64,000 nucleotides of DNA, taken from a virus. Numbering within the stretch: the stretch's first letter is position 1; every line of letters begins with the position of its first letter. Location of the stretch: positions 10,196-74,195 of the IMG/VR virus record IMGVR_UViG_3300032087_005679, one strand, 5' to 3'. This document shows, piece after piece, positions 30,294-40,651 of the stretch. The notes under the pieces were generated by a model. The model searched no databases and had not been told where the DNA came from. It worked only from the letters and a program-made list of their open reading frames with translations. A program made the position numbers and the translations under genes.

Positions 30294-31221
30294 TTGTTTT
30301 GCCTCTTATGTTAGGATAATTATTTACAAACCACTCACAAGACTTTTTTATTCCTGTATCGAATTTAGTATATTTATTTTCATCCCACCCTAAATCAAGT
30401 AAGTTCTTGTTACTGCTTGGTTTTCTAAACTGTCCGTTTGGCATATTAGGATTCCAGGAAATTTCTCCTTGGTATCCTAAATTACTACACAAAGATTCAG
30501 CAACCTCTCGAATAGAGAGTTCGTCTGTGTATCCTATGTTTATCGGCTCAGATTCACCATAGTTGTCAATTAAGTAAAATAAAATTTCTGCAATGTCGAG
30601 AGAATAAGTAAACTCACGCCTTGGAGATCCATCACCCCACACTTCCACGGTAGGATCATCGTTTAGTTTTGCCTCATATATTCGTCTCATAAGGGCAGGT
30701 ATGACATGTCCGTCTTCAAGGTGGTAGTTATCATTCTCACCATATAAATTGTTAGGAATAGCACACATAAAATTACAGCCATATTGTTGGCGATATGCTC
30801 TACTTTGTACCTCAATCATTCTTTTAGAGTATGCATACCCAAAATTAGATGAGTGAGGAGGTCCTAAATGTAATTGCTCCTCAGTAATTGGATAGGTTAC
30901 ACTGTCTGGATAGACGCAAGTAGAAAGCATCGATACAACTTTATTAACACCAGAAAGCATACTTGAGTGCAAAACATTTGAATTTATCTTACAATTTTCA
31001 GTAAAAAAATCACCAACGTAATCTGTGTTTGCTTTTACTCCACCCACACGAGCAGCTAAATGAATGACTGTATCATAATGCCCGCTTTTGATAAAGTCAA
31101 GAACTTCTTCCTCATTGACTAGATCAAGATCAGATCGAGTCGGGAAGTCAGCGTCAGGTTTCACTTGCTTTATAGCATGTCCGACCATACCAGAACCACC
31201 AGTAACTAATATTTTACTCAT
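30286..31221 (-). CDS. fcl: GDP-L-fucose synthase-like epimerase/reductase
   Basis: TGGSGMVG, HLAARVGG, STCVYP, YAYSK, PNNLYG, HVIPAL, WGDGSPRREF. Confidence 0.85.
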   Translation of the reverse strand: MSKILVTGGSGMVGHAIKQVKPDADFPTRSDLDLVNEEEVLDFIKSGHYDTVIHLAARVGGVKANTDYVGDFFTENCKINSNVLHSSMLSGVNKVVSMLSTCVYPDSVTYPITEEQLHLGPPHSSNFGYAYSKRMIEVQSRAYRQQYGCNFMCAIPNNLYGENDNYHLEDGHVIPALMRRIYEAKLNDDPTVEVWGDGSPRREFTYSLDIAEILFYLIDNYGESEPINIGYTDELSIREVAESLCSNLGYQGEISWNPNMPNGQFRKPSSNKNLLDLGWDENKYTKFDTGIKKSCEWFVNNYPNIRGKTND

Positions 31222-32083
31222 CGATAACTGCCCTGCCTTTTAGTTTTTCCCAGTCTTTTTCAGGTCTTACTTCTAAATTTTTTTCCCAGACTGCTCTGAG
31301 TACTTGTGGTCTTACACCAATTTTATCCATCATATAAATCATAGCATTAACATCTTTAGGAAAACAAGAGCCACCAAAGCCTCTTTTTCCATCAGGTCCT
31401 GGAACAGAGAAGTGACTTGTACCAATTCTAGTGTCATACACCGAAGCTTCCACAACCCTGTTATAGTCAGCATTTAGACTGTCACATAGTTGCCTCATTT
31501 CATTAGCAAATGAAACTTTAGTAGCGAGGTAACAGTTACAGAAATATTTAGTTATTTCTGCTTCTAAAGACCCACACATAACATACGGGACTTCTGGAAA
31601 TTGCCTCATGTACATTGTCTTAATTTTTTCAAGTGATTCATTGCAATTATCCCCACCCAAAACAATCCTTTTCTGATTCTTAAAATCTTCTATATGATTT
31701 GCTTCCGTTAAAAACTCAGGATTGAAGATCACATCTATGAATTGAGAAGTCTCTTGCTGCAATCTATAAGTTGTGCCTGGAGGGACTGTTGATTTGACGA
31801 CAACAATTTTGTTACTGTATTGATTAGTGGCAGTTAGCTTGTCTATTTCGAAAACTGTTTGCTGTACTAGAGATATATCACACGAACCATCTTGCCTCAT
31901 TGGAGTAGGAAGGCAAACAAAAAGTATATTAGATTTAGATACTAATTCTTCTAAATTCTTAACAGTCGATAAATCTTCATTGTATTTATCATAAGTTTCA
32001 ACTTTGTTTTTTTCGCACAGTCCAGTTCTGATGGAAGATCCGACGAAGCCACAACCAACTATCCCAATTCTTGTATTATTCAT
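31214..32083 (-). CDS. UDP-glucose/GDP-mannose 6-dehydrogenase family (short phage form)
   Basis: GCGFVG, VKSTVPPGT, FNPEFL, GFGGSCFPKD (catalytic Cys). Confidence 0.88.
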   Translation of the reverse strand: MNNTRIGIVGCGFVGSSIRTGLCEKNKVETYDKYNEDLSTVKNLEELVSKSNILFVCLPTPMRQDGSCDISLVQQTVFEIDKLTATNQYSNKIVVVKSTVPPGTTYRLQQETSQFIDVIFNPEFLTEANHIEDFKNQKRIVLGGDNCNESLEKIKTMYMRQFPEVPYVMCGSLEAEITKYFCNCYLATKVSFANEMRQLCDSLNADYNRVVEASVYDTRIGTSHFSVPGPDGKRGFGGSCFPKDVNAMIYMMDKIGVRPQVLRAVWEKNLEVRPEKDWEKLKGRAVIDE

Positions 32084-32753
32084 AAGTTATATTGTTATCC
32101 ACTGAAATTATTAATATCAACTTGTCATCTTGTGCTTTGTGATATGTAAAACTAGATACCTTCTCAGAAGTTTCTAATATATTTTCTAGATAATCTTTAT
32201 TTATGTAGACATACTGGCAAACTACTTGATCTTTAATAATGATTCTATCTTCTATTGTTGCAGTAGAAGTGGTTTCATATGGAAATCCTCCGTTATAGCG
32301 ACTTAAATTTTCTAAATATTCTTTCTGAAAAGGTTTAAATAAAGATATAAATATTTCCTTAGATGCAACTCTAATAAGTTCTTCGACGGCTGATTTAGTG
32401 TCTTTTACATGATTCAATACATCATGGCAAATGACACACTCATAAGAATTATCCCCAAATGGTAATCTCTCTATAGGAGTTTCATGGACATCTATACCAT
32501 TATCCTTACCTATTTTAACATATTTTGGTGTTATCTCAGTTGCTGAATATTTTATATCATATCCATCACCTAGAAACCCATAGTATTCACTAAATATGCC
32601 TGCGCCAACATCCAAGACACTTTTATATCCCCTCGCACGAATCACCTGTCTTGTCTCAACCTTGAATTGTGATTTTTTATTTCCACACCATTCAGCAAAC
32701 TGGCTGACATCAAGATGGTTTTCCCAATAACTAACTTCTTTTTTTATTCCCAT
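32076..32753 (-). CDS. Class I SAM-dependent methyltransferase
   Basis: VLDVGAG, LPFGDNSYECV...VLNHV; start adjusted to the ATG at 32753. Confidence 0.8.
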   Translation of the reverse strand: MGIKKEVSYWENHLDVSQFAEWCGNKKSQFKVETRQVIRARGYKSVLDVGAGIFSEYYGFLGDGYDIKYSATEITPKYVKIGKDNGIDVHETPIERLPFGDNSYECVICHDVLNHVKDTKSAVEELIRVASKEIFISLFKPFQKEYLENLSRYNGGFPYETTSTATIEDRIIIKDQVVCQYVYINKDYLENILETSEKVSSFTYHKAQDDKLILIISVDNNITYE

Positions 32754-33571
32754 TTGTTCCAACCCTTAAAATTTACTTGACTTAGGTTTTTATTTGAGGC
32801 ACCTTTCCAAGGTCGCCAAGGTCCATATACACTAACTTGAGATGCATCACTTAGTGCTGAAGCCCACCACCCAAGGGTCCCATGTTGAAACATTATATTA
32901 TCAAAAGATCTTATAAAATTAAAATCTTCTACAATTGTTCTTTTTTCCATGATTGGTTTATATTCTGCAAAACCTTCAACGAATGAATTGAAATAATCGA
33001 CCGACTCTTGGGGAGATACTCTATTTTCAACGGGAACGTTATAATGAAAACTCATATTGGCTAATTCTGTCTCATCTATAAAATCCCACTTAGGCATATC
33101 AGTTACGATATGAAGTTTATTAAAATCAAATTTCTCTATTGCACGTTTATAATTTTCCACTTGTGGTTTTGAATAAAATTCATTCTTATAAAAAAGCCTG
33201 TCTCCAGCCCTAAAGTGTATAACTAGGTCTTTATCTTTTCTTTTTTCTACCTTGGGATACCAAGATTTTATCTTGTTTATGTCGTCACTAAAGTATCGAT
33301 AATCTTCAAAGTATCCTGACAAGATGAATGTTTCGTTTTTGTATTTTTTATCGAAACACATCTTATATGCATTTTCTGAAACCATTATACCAGAAACACT
33401 TGTGCTCTTGATGAACTTGACACCTAATGATTCTAACGAACTAATAGCATAATAATCTTCACTTGGAGGAATACAGAACACCTCTTGCTCTAGATGTTCG
33501 GCTAACAGCCTAGCTGCATTGTATTGAAAAAGGTTATTCCCAAAACCATTTGTCAATATAGATGCAATCAT
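32744..33571 (-). CDS. GT11-like (alpha-1,2-fucosyltransferase family) glycosyltransferase
   Basis: GFGNNLFQY, GYFEDY, IHFRAGD (HxRxxD), GTLGWWAS. Confidence 0.8.
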   Translation of the reverse strand: MIASILTNGFGNNLFQYNAARLLAEHLEQEVFCIPPSEDYYAISSLESLGVKFIKSTSVSGIMVSENAYKMCFDKKYKNETFILSGYFEDYRYFSDDINKIKSWYPKVEKRKDKDLVIHFRAGDRLFYKNEFYSKPQVENYKRAIEKFDFNKLHIVTDMPKWDFIDETELANMSFHYNVPVENRVSPQESVDYFNSFVEGFAEYKPIMEKRTIVEDFNFIRSFDNIMFQHGTLGWWASALSDASQVSVYGPWRPWKGASNKNLSQVNFKGWNKWE

Positions 33572-33577
33572 TCTATC

Positions 33578-34249
33578 TTATCCTAAAACAACATTTTTAG
33601 TCATGATGACTGGTTCGAACTGAGGGTGTTTATTTGTTAGTTTCCAGTTTTTACTTTGTTCTATAAACTCATCTATCGCAACATTTACACCTTGTTTGTC
33701 TTCTGAGTTTTCTAAATCGACAAACATATGCTTCACATGTTCATGTGTACTTTCTTCACTATAAAAGGCATCTTTTCCTGCGTGCTTACCATTATAATCA
33801 TCAGCAAAACAGATTGCTTTTTCTTCTGTTATTTTATCAAAAAACTTTAATTCTTGAGACACTGTTGAATAATTGTGATCCCCATCTAGCAAGATACAAT
33901 CAAACTTTATACCTTGTTTTTCCAGTTCAGGTAAATAATTTAAGCTGTTCTCAATTACATAATAATAATTTGGATTTTTACTATTTGTATGTATCTTGTT
34001 TTCAAAACAAAATGCAGGTCGAACTCCATTCAAGAATTGCAGTTGTGTCTTGAATGTCTCATCCTCACGAACATCAACTCCAACAAAGATAAAGTTTATA
34101 CCCAAAGTTGTCAAGTTACTCAATAGAGGCATAGCTGTCTGGGCTTTATCAACACCAATTTCCAATATTTTAACTGGTCTCGATGGATTTTCTTTATAGA
34201 CTGCCTTACAAAATTCAGTCATCGTATTGACATATCCTAAATATGACAT
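33578..34249 (-). CDS. Class I SAM-dependent methyltransferase (Methyltransf_24-like)
   Basis: ILEIGV, FDCILLDGDHNY, DDY, GVNVAIDEF; likely start MSYLG at 34249. Confidence 0.8.
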   Translation of the reverse strand: MSYLGYVNTMTEFCKAVYKENPSRPVKILEIGVDKAQTAMPLLSNLTTLGINFIFVGVDVREDETFKTQLQFLNGVRPAFCFENKIHTNSKNPNYYYVIENSLNYLPELEKQGIKFDCILLDGDHNYSTVSQELKFFDKITEEKAICFADDYNGKHAGKDAFYSEESTHEHVKHMFVDLENSEDKQGVNVAIDEFIEQSKNWKLTNKHPQFEPVIMTKNVVLG

Positions 34250-34250
34250 T

Positions 34251-35051
34251 TTACATTTCCTTTCTAATAACTGGATCAACAAGTGAGCCATCATGGTTTA
34301 TTAGTTTTTCTTCTTTATTCCTATGAGGAAATTCAGTTATAGGCTGTGATTTATCATAGCCATAAAATGGCAAACAAATGCTTGGTATCAAAATCGTTTC
34401 AAAAGAATTTATCCTAATGTAGTCTTCTAGTGCTAACTCTGGGCAAGGAAAATTATTATCGGTCCTGGATTCATCTTCACCATCAAGATATACGAAAGAA
34501 CAATATGTATCAAATGTTTTTTGATTACAGAAAGAAAAAAACCATGGGTCCCTATGTCCGCTAGGATAAACTGTGCTATACAGTCTATTATCCTGTATCG
34601 CAAATTGTGACATGTCTACAGGCACTGGAAAATGAGAGTTATCTGGTCGTAGTCTTACAACTATATCATATTCAAAACCTTGCTGATTTGCATATTCTTT
34701 TGCCATCAGGAAGCCTTTTCGAATGTTTCTCATTTGATTATTCATTTTCCTTTTAAAATAACCTAAAGTGCCAAAATCATCAGAATCTAAATTTTCATAT
34801 TCATCAATATACAAGTCTTTGATTCGATCTCCATAAACTGCTTTTATTTCCTCTGCTAATTTTTCGGATGGTATTGCTGTTGTTGTTTTATACTCTTGTG
34901 TTATATTATCTCCAACTGTATGCATAGTATTTTTATTACAAGCATAGATAAAAACATCCATGTTATTAACGTCGATCAAGTGATTGATGTGGTTCAAAGC
35001 ATTTACTTTATAATCTCTAAGTTGTCCTGTAATAACCGCCGCTATTCTCAT
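34251..35051 (-). CDS. Putative glycosyltransferase-like protein
   Basis: MRIAAVITGQLR...YDIVVRLRPD, a pattern typical of phage glycan loci. Confidence 0.6.
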   Translation of the reverse strand: MRIAAVITGQLRDYKVNALNHINHLIDVNNMDVFIYACNKNTMHTVGDNITQEYKTTTAIPSEKLAEEIKAVYGDRIKDLYIDEYENLDSDDFGTLGYFKRKMNNQMRNIRKGFLMAKEYANQQGFEYDIVVRLRPDNSHFPVPVDMSQFAIQDNRLYSTVYPSGHRDPWFFSFCNQKTFDTYCSFVYLDGEDESRTDNNFPCPELALEDYIRINSFETILIPSICLPFYGYDKSQPITEFPHRNKEEKLINHDGSLVDPVIRKEM

Positions 35052-36244
35052 ATTACTTCTACCTTTGGAAAATACTTAATAAATTTTAAAGATGAATTAG
35101 TAATTTCATTAGCCCTGTTACTAATTTCCCTAAAAAAGTTCCAGGCTAGTGGCACTACGACTAATTTATCTTTATCTTCTGATACTAATGACGTTGGGTT
35201 TTTGATTTCTATATTTCTTCCTGGAGTCATTAGATCCCATTTCAACTCATTGTCATCCACAATGTAATCTAAATCTATCTCAGCAAAGTTTAGAAAAGTA
35301 TTACCTTTTGCGGCAGCACCGTACCCTACCACCTTATATCCATCAGACTTAAATTTCTCAACAACATTCCGAAAATCGTTTACAACACTTAGGCAGTTGT
35401 TTGCATACTGTTTATATGTCTCTGAATTATAAAGCCCTCTGTTATTTTCGTTTTGAATTTGTTTGTCTGCAAGAGACTCGTCTCTATCCCCTAATTGTAA
35501 AACAAAGACATAACTCCCACCATGGACCTCTGTCTTCCTTACATCCACCAGAGAAAACCCATTTATATTAGCACACATCTTCATCGATAAAGAACTAAAA
35601 AATGAAAGATGTTCGTGATAAATGGTATCAAACTGACTATCAAGTATCATGTCTGCTTGGGAAGTTTGTATAATAACATAACCATCATCATTTAGGCTGA
35701 CAACACAAGCTTGAAGAAAATCATGCACGTCGTCAACATGGGCGAAGACATTTTGCGCTGTTATAAGATCAAACTTTGTTTGAAATGATAGGGCTACCTC
35801 AGGATTCCAATATTCGCATAATACATTATGATTATCTTTACTAAGTGGGTATAAATTTTCTGCTGGGTCAACGCCGAAAGTTTCCCACCCCTGTTCTTTG
35901 AATTTATCTAATTGAGTACCATCATTACAAGCAATATCTAAAACCTTGCCTTTTTTCTTGGTGTATTCTTCGCACAAACCTACAAAATCAGAAAAATATT
36001 GGTGTAGAGTCTTACTTGTGCCACTAACATATAAATAATCTCTAAACATCAAGTCTGGATTTACTACGACGCTTAGTTGTGTGTGAAAACAATCATTACA
36101 GGTGCAAATTTTCAAAGGATAAGATTTTTGATCTTCCCCTTTATGGTAACTATTGGCTAGAGGTTGCTTATTTAAATCCAAAACCTCAGTTAGATTTTCT
36201 GATTTACAAACTCTACAATTATTTACTTCTGTATATTCTAGCAT
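35048..36244 (-). CDS. NDP-hexose C-methyltransferase (TylCIII/TcaB9-like)
   Basis: CRVC...CNDC zinc site, LDIACNDG, QNVFAHV, FDTIYHEHLSFF, HGGS, GYGAAAKGNT. Confidence 0.9.
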   Translation of the reverse strand: MLEYTEVNNCRVCKSENLTEVLDLNKQPLANSYHKGEDQKSYPLKICTCNDCFHTQLSVVVNPDLMFRDYLYVSGTSKTLHQYFSDFVGLCEEYTKKKGKVLDIACNDGTQLDKFKEQGWETFGVDPAENLYPLSKDNHNVLCEYWNPEVALSFQTKFDLITAQNVFAHVDDVHDFLQACVVSLNDDGYVIIQTSQADMILDSQFDTIYHEHLSFFSSLSMKMCANINGFSLVDVRKTEVHGGSYVFVLQLGDRDESLADKQIQNENNRGLYNSETYKQYANNCLSVVNDFRNVVEKFKSDGYKVVGYGAAAKGNTFLNFAEIDLDYIVDDNELKWDLMTPGRNIEIKNPTSLVSEDKDKLVVVPLAWNFFREISNRANEITNSSLKFIKYFPKVEVI

Positions 36245-37166
36245 CTGATCTGTTCCCCATATTCATGGAATTATAATTATCTACCAGTGATTTGGTAATA
36301 CTCTCCACTGTCTCTTCAAATTCAAAATCAAACTCTTTTTCAAATTTTTCGGGGTTTATCAAAAAATCATACGCTTTTGCTTGAAGCTTAACATTTGTTA
36401 TAATTTCTGGTGGTTTGTCGGATATAACCAATTCAGCACCTGTTACTTTAGCTACCCCAGATGCAATATCTTTGGCATTTGAATTAAAAGAAGCCAGGTT
36501 ATACATCCCTTTGTTAGACTCATTACCTTTTTCTATGATTGTTTTAACCGCTCGACATAAGTCAGAAATACCAAGTATTGGTCGATTGACTTCTGGATTG
36601 AAACAAAATATCTTTTTGTTTTCTATCGCATTATAGGTCATAGCATTAATCATAATATCGTTTCTCAAGTTAGGAGAATATCCGTTGACAGTTCCAAACC
36701 TAAGTCCAAAATAAGTCTTACTTGACAATTCTGCATATGAGTCTATTTCATGCTTAGATAAATCATAAAAGTTATTTGGCTTAAACTTTGAATAAGATTC
36801 ATCTACCACTCTGGTACCAGTGTCACCATAAACAGAGGAACTACTTGCATATATAAACAATTGTTTGTCATCGATCTTACCTAGTAGTTCGGCAAAATTT
36901 ACCACGTTATTTCTTAGTGTTGACATCATATTATTTTCGCACATTTTTACACTAGAATGCCCGGCTAAAAGAATAACAACACTTTTATCAATCAAGTCTC
37001 CATCATTTATGGAGTTCATATCCTTGTCTAGATTATTAGGATTACAAAAGTTACCAAACCATTCAGTGTCAATAGTTGACACATCATACTCTTCCTTGAG
37101 GTGATTATATAAACGAGTACCAATGTACCCACAACCACCAATTATTAGAACCTTCTTTTTTACCAT
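36219..37166 (-). CDS. NAD-dependent sugar epimerase/reductase (extended SDR)
   Basis: IGGCGYIG, ASSSSVYG, YDLSK, LRFGTVNG. Confidence 0.88.
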   Translation of the reverse strand: MVKKKVLIIGGCGYIGTRLYNHLKEEYDVSTIDTEWFGNFCNPNNLDKDMNSINDGDLIDKSVVILLAGHSSVKMCENNMMSTLRNNVVNFAELLGKIDDKQLFIYASSSSVYGDTGTRVVDESYSKFKPNNFYDLSKHEIDSYAELSSKTYFGLRFGTVNGYSPNLRNDIMINAMTYNAIENKKIFCFNPEVNRPILGISDLCRAVKTIIEKGNESNKGMYNLASFNSNAKDIASGVAKVTGAELVISDKPPEIITNVKLQAKAYDFLINPEKFEKEFDFEFEETVESITKSLVDNYNSMNMGNRSDARIYRSK

Positions 37167-37468
37167 ATCCTGTGGCGACCTCTTAATATTTCATAAAACA
37201 TGATCCAATCACATGCCTTAGCTTTTAACGTGGTCCAGCCGTAATCTTTTTTACCTTCCCATGCTAAAGGTTTGTTTTTTTCGAAAACGCCATGAGCGAC
37301 CCAAGCAAAAGGATAAACAACTAAAGGAATGAGCGGGAATAAAAACCAGTACCAATTATACACTACTGTAAAAGTAAATGCAATTGTAAACAACTGACCT
37401 AAGAAGTGTAATAGTTTACACTTTGGGTGTTGATGTAGTGTTAGATAAAATTCGTAGTATTCTTTCAT
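37160..37468 (-). CDS. DUF962/Mpo1-like membrane protein
   Basis: YLTLHQHP...LHFLG...FAWVAHGVFEKNKP His pattern with hydrophobic segments. Confidence 0.75.
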   Translation of the reverse strand: MKEYYEFYLTLHQHPKCKLLHFLGQLFTIAFTFTVVYNWYWFLFPLIPLVVYPFAWVAHGVFEKNKPLAWEGKKDYGWTTLKAKACDWIMFYEILRGRHRIW

Positions 37469-37484
37469 ATTTTGTCTCCTTACA

Positions 37485-38414
37485 TTAGTTTTGATATTTA
37501 TTATCTATCTTAACTAATGGGAAAACTTTCAAAAGCTCATCAATACCATCTTCAACTGTAATAGTAGTTTCAAAACCTAAGGAATTAATTTTATCATACG
37601 AAACAACATAGTTTCTCTTATCAACATCTCCATCGAAGTCAGCATAATGTACATAACATTCTGTTCTAGACTGAATTAGATCACAAACATCTCTCTTGGA
37701 ATAATTCATGGAATTTGACCCGACGTTATAAACCTCACCACTCATCTTATCAGAATTGTTTACAGCGAACTCAAACACTCTTGCAATATCTCTAACATGT
37801 ATAAAAGTTCTCATAAAATGAGATTCATAAATAACTATGTATTTTTGAGTGTGTGCCAAGTAAGATAAATCATTTACAAGCAAATCTAATCGTAATCTTG
37901 GACTTACACCAAAAGCGGTAGCAAAACGAAAGGCGCTGCTGTTTTCATATTTCATCACCTCTTGTTCACCAAGAGTCTTACTTATACCATAAATACTCAA
38001 GGGATTTAGTGGTGTTTCTTCAGTACATACGTCTTCAACTGCTCCATAGTTTGAACCTGTAGAACCATAAACTAAAAACTGTTTACCATCCAAACAAGAA
38101 ATAACATTTTTAGTACCCTGGTGATTTACTGCGTGGGCTAATTCCTCATCTCTGCGACAAGCAGCATAGCCTACAATAGCTGCAAGGTGTATGATAATGT
38201 CCTGTCCTTCTGTTGCTTTTTTTAATTCATCAACATCAAGTATATCACCCTTGATGAATCTAAAGTTGGGTTCACCAAAATTATGAATAAGCCCACTACC
38301 ATCAACAGTCAAGTTATCATATACAGTAACTTGATGACCGTTCTTCAACAACAAAGGGACTAATGTTGTGCCGATATAACCAGCACCACCAGTCACAAGT
38401 ATCTTTTTACTCAT
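37485..38414 (-). CDS. NAD-dependent sugar epimerase/dehydratase
   Basis: TGGAGYIG, HLAAIVG, YGISK, FRFATAFGVSPR; start MSKK at 38414 after GGAGA. Confidence 0.88.
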   Translation of the reverse strand: MSKKILVTGGAGYIGTTLVPLLLKNGHQVTVYDNLTVDGSGLIHNFGEPNFRFIKGDILDVDELKKATEGQDIIIHLAAIVGYAACRRDEELAHAVNHQGTKNVISCLDGKQFLVYGSTGSNYGAVEDVCTEETPLNPLSIYGISKTLGEQEVMKYENSSAFRFATAFGVSPRLRLDLLVNDLSYLAHTQKYIVIYESHFMRTFIHVRDIARVFEFAVNNSDKMSGEVYNVGSNSMNYSKRDVCDLIQSRTECYVHYADFDGDVDKRNYVVSYDKINSLGFETTITVEDGIDELLKVFPLVKIDNKYQN

Positions 38415-38462
38415 TTTTTTCTCCATATCAAATATAAATTATAATTTTTGTTTCGTAAAGAT

Positions 38463-39380
38463 CTAAAGATTTTCTTTATAAAAGTCAACTGTGTTCCTGA
38501 TACCCTCTTTATGGTCGTAAAAAGAAAAGTCAGGAAACTTTTCCCGGAACAATTCTGTCGATAGAATTTTTACGGGATCGCCGTCTGGATACTGGGTGTC
38601 AAATACTAACTCTCCTTCAAAACCGCAAGCCTCTTGGATAAGAAGTGCTGATTCCTTAATTGAGTATCCCTTAGCTTGACCTACATTTACAGGGTATTCG
38701 AGATGATCTATATCCATAGCTCGGATTAGTACCTCTACGAAATCATCAACGTAAGCCCACTCTCTAACAGGATTGCCAGTCCCCCAAACAACAAACTCGC
38801 CATCTCCAGCTTGTTGTGCTTTTAGCATTCTTATAACCATACCATTCAAGGCATGAGTCTTAGTTGGATCGAGGGAATCCCCAGGTCCGTATGTGTTAGG
38901 TAGTAGCAAATTTACAGTTTTTACCCCATATTGATTGTAATAACATTGAGATAGGTAATAAATTGCTCTTTTAGAATTACCAAAAGAAAAAACCGAATCG
39001 TGAACTCCTCCATCGAGCCAGTTCTCTTCTAATTGAATTGAACTATCTCCAGGGTACGAACAGTTGGAAAACGGTTGAATTATTTTTATCTCAGGATTAT
39101 AATCTAGCACCGCCTTGTAAACATTCAAATTCATCTGAAGGTTATCACCATATACGTCAGCAGCATACTTTCTAACATACATCATACTGCCACCATGAGA
39201 TGCAAGGTTATAAATCAGGTCAGGATTTTCTTTTTCCAAAAAATTTCTAAAGGATTGGTAATCTAAAAGATCAAGACCTAAAGTCTTGGACGTCCTTGAT
39301 ACAGTATGCCCGTCACTAACAAGACGATCATATACTTTTTCACCAATAAAACCAGTACCACCAAGTACTAAAATCTTCAT
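38463..39380 (-). CDS. Second GDP-fucose-synthase-like epimerase/reductase
   Basis: LGGTGFIG, NCSYP, PNTYGPGD, HALNGM, WGTGNPVREW; Phe replaces the usual catalytic Tyr (FGNSK); start MKIL at 39380. Confidence 0.75.
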   Translation of the reverse strand: MKILVLGGTGFIGEKVYDRLVSDGHTVSRTSKTLGLDLLDYQSFRNFLEKENPDLIYNLASHGGSMMYVRKYAADVYGDNLQMNLNVYKAVLDYNPEIKIIQPFSNCSYPGDSSIQLEENWLDGGVHDSVFSFGNSKRAIYYLSQCYYNQYGVKTVNLLLPNTYGPGDSLDPTKTHALNGMVIRMLKAQQAGDGEFVVWGTGNPVREWAYVDDFVEVLIRAMDIDHLEYPVNVGQAKGYSIKESALLIQEACGFEGELVFDTQYPDGDPVKILSTELFREKFPDFSFYDHKEGIRNTVDFYKENL

Positions 39381-39381
39381 T

Positions 39382-40065
39382 CTATTCTCCAGAGTATTTG
39401 AAAGTGTAGCCATGGATCCTTATTTTGGGTCCATATCCATTATAATAAGTTGATTTTATGATTTTGTCTAGTTCTTCTTTTGAAATATCAATATCAATAT
39501 TTTCCAATTTGTCAATATCTCTTATTCGCCCTGTTTTTTTGCCCCACTCATCCGTATTTTCAGAAGATATTCTAGACAACTCTTTAGGTCCTTGAACTGT
39601 TATCGTGTGTATTATATTTGAAAAAGAATCAAATTGACATCTGTGAACCTTCTCTAATAAGCTTTCTACATTATCTTCATCTTCTATGACTACTCTGTAA
39701 ACATTTATTATGGGTCCATTGTCAACATTCTTATTCATATAGTGAACTGTTACCCCAGTTTCAGCGTCTTCGTTATATAAAGCCCAATTTATACCACCAG
39801 ACCCTGGGTACTTGGGGTGTGATGGGTGAAAGTTTATAGCTGCAATACTAGCCTTATTTATGAACTGTTCTGGCAAGATACAATAAGACTTATAATGAAA
39901 TATATAATCTCCACTCCACTCTTCAATTTCTTTCGGTATTTTACTGCCTCTTTTTTTTGATGCTTTCCAGAAGGTTGTTTCAAAACCTTTTGACACAAGA
40001 AGGTCTACAGCGTTGTTGCTGTATCGACAATCTTCAAAGCCTATAAATAGTGCTTTGCTAGTCAT
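39382..40065 (-). CDS. Sugar N-formyltransferase (formyl_trans_N)
   Basis: INFHPSHPKYPG, GVTVHYM...DNGPII; likely start MTSK at 40065. Confidence 0.85.
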   Translation of the reverse strand: MTSKALFIGFEDCRYSNNAVDLLVSKGFETTFWKASKKRGSKIPKEIEEWSGDYIFHYKSYCILPEQFINKASIAAINFHPSHPKYPGSGGINWALYNEDAETGVTVHYMNKNVDNGPIINVYRVVIEDEDNVESLLEKVHRCQFDSFSNIIHTITVQGPKELSRISSENTDEWGKKTGRIRDIDKLENIDIDISKEELDKIIKSTYYNGYGPKIRIHGYTFKYSGE

Positions 40066-40651
40066 TCTTAAACACATCCATTTGAGATAGATCAGGCCAG
40101 TCAGTATAGACCCACTCCTTTGGTTTAGTAATCTTTGCGTTAGGTAGTTTCTTGAGACCAAGCTCTGCCGTTTCTGGTGTCATATAGTAATGATAACCTA
40201 TGGTCTTAATATTCTGAACTGACCAGGAAAGATCTGGACTTCTTCCATCATAAGACATTCTTTTCAAGGTGTCATACTCTTCCTTGTTATCAAATAAAAT
40301 AACCCCACCCCTGCCAAGGCTTAAGTGTTTTCGAAATTGAAAACTGATACACATATATGTCCCTGGAATGTAGCTATTTTCTTTCCAGTGAACGGCGGCG
40401 TCGATAATGTTTTCTGTTAGATAATAATAATCTTTCCACTTTTCATCGGTCCATTCTAGTCCTATGCTTAGTTTATCTGCCAACATAGGCACAGACAAAT
40501 AAGTGTGTCTTGGTACTTTTATTTTACTTGTGCCCTTCATGCGTAAACATAATTCTAATCCATGTGTGCAACAATCAACAGCAACCGCATAAGGTGCCCC
40601 AAAAAAATTAGCTATCTCATTTTCAAAATCTTTTATTGCTTGAAATGACAT
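40058..40651 (-). CDS. Compact DegT/DnrJ/EryC1/StrS PLP-dependent sugar aminotransferase (197 aa)
   Basis: AVAVDCCTHGL, IIDAA, SFQFRKHLSLGRGG (PLP Lys). Confidence 0.8.
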   Translation of the reverse strand: MSFQAIKDFENEIANFFGAPYAVAVDCCTHGLELCLRMKGTSKIKVPRHTYLSVPMLADKLSIGLEWTDEKWKDYYYLTENIIDAAVHWKENSYIPGTYMCISFQFRKHLSLGRGGVILFDNKEEYDTLKRMSYDGRSPDLSWSVQNIKTIGYHYYMTPETAELGLKKLPNAKITKPKEWVYTDWPDLSQMDVFKND

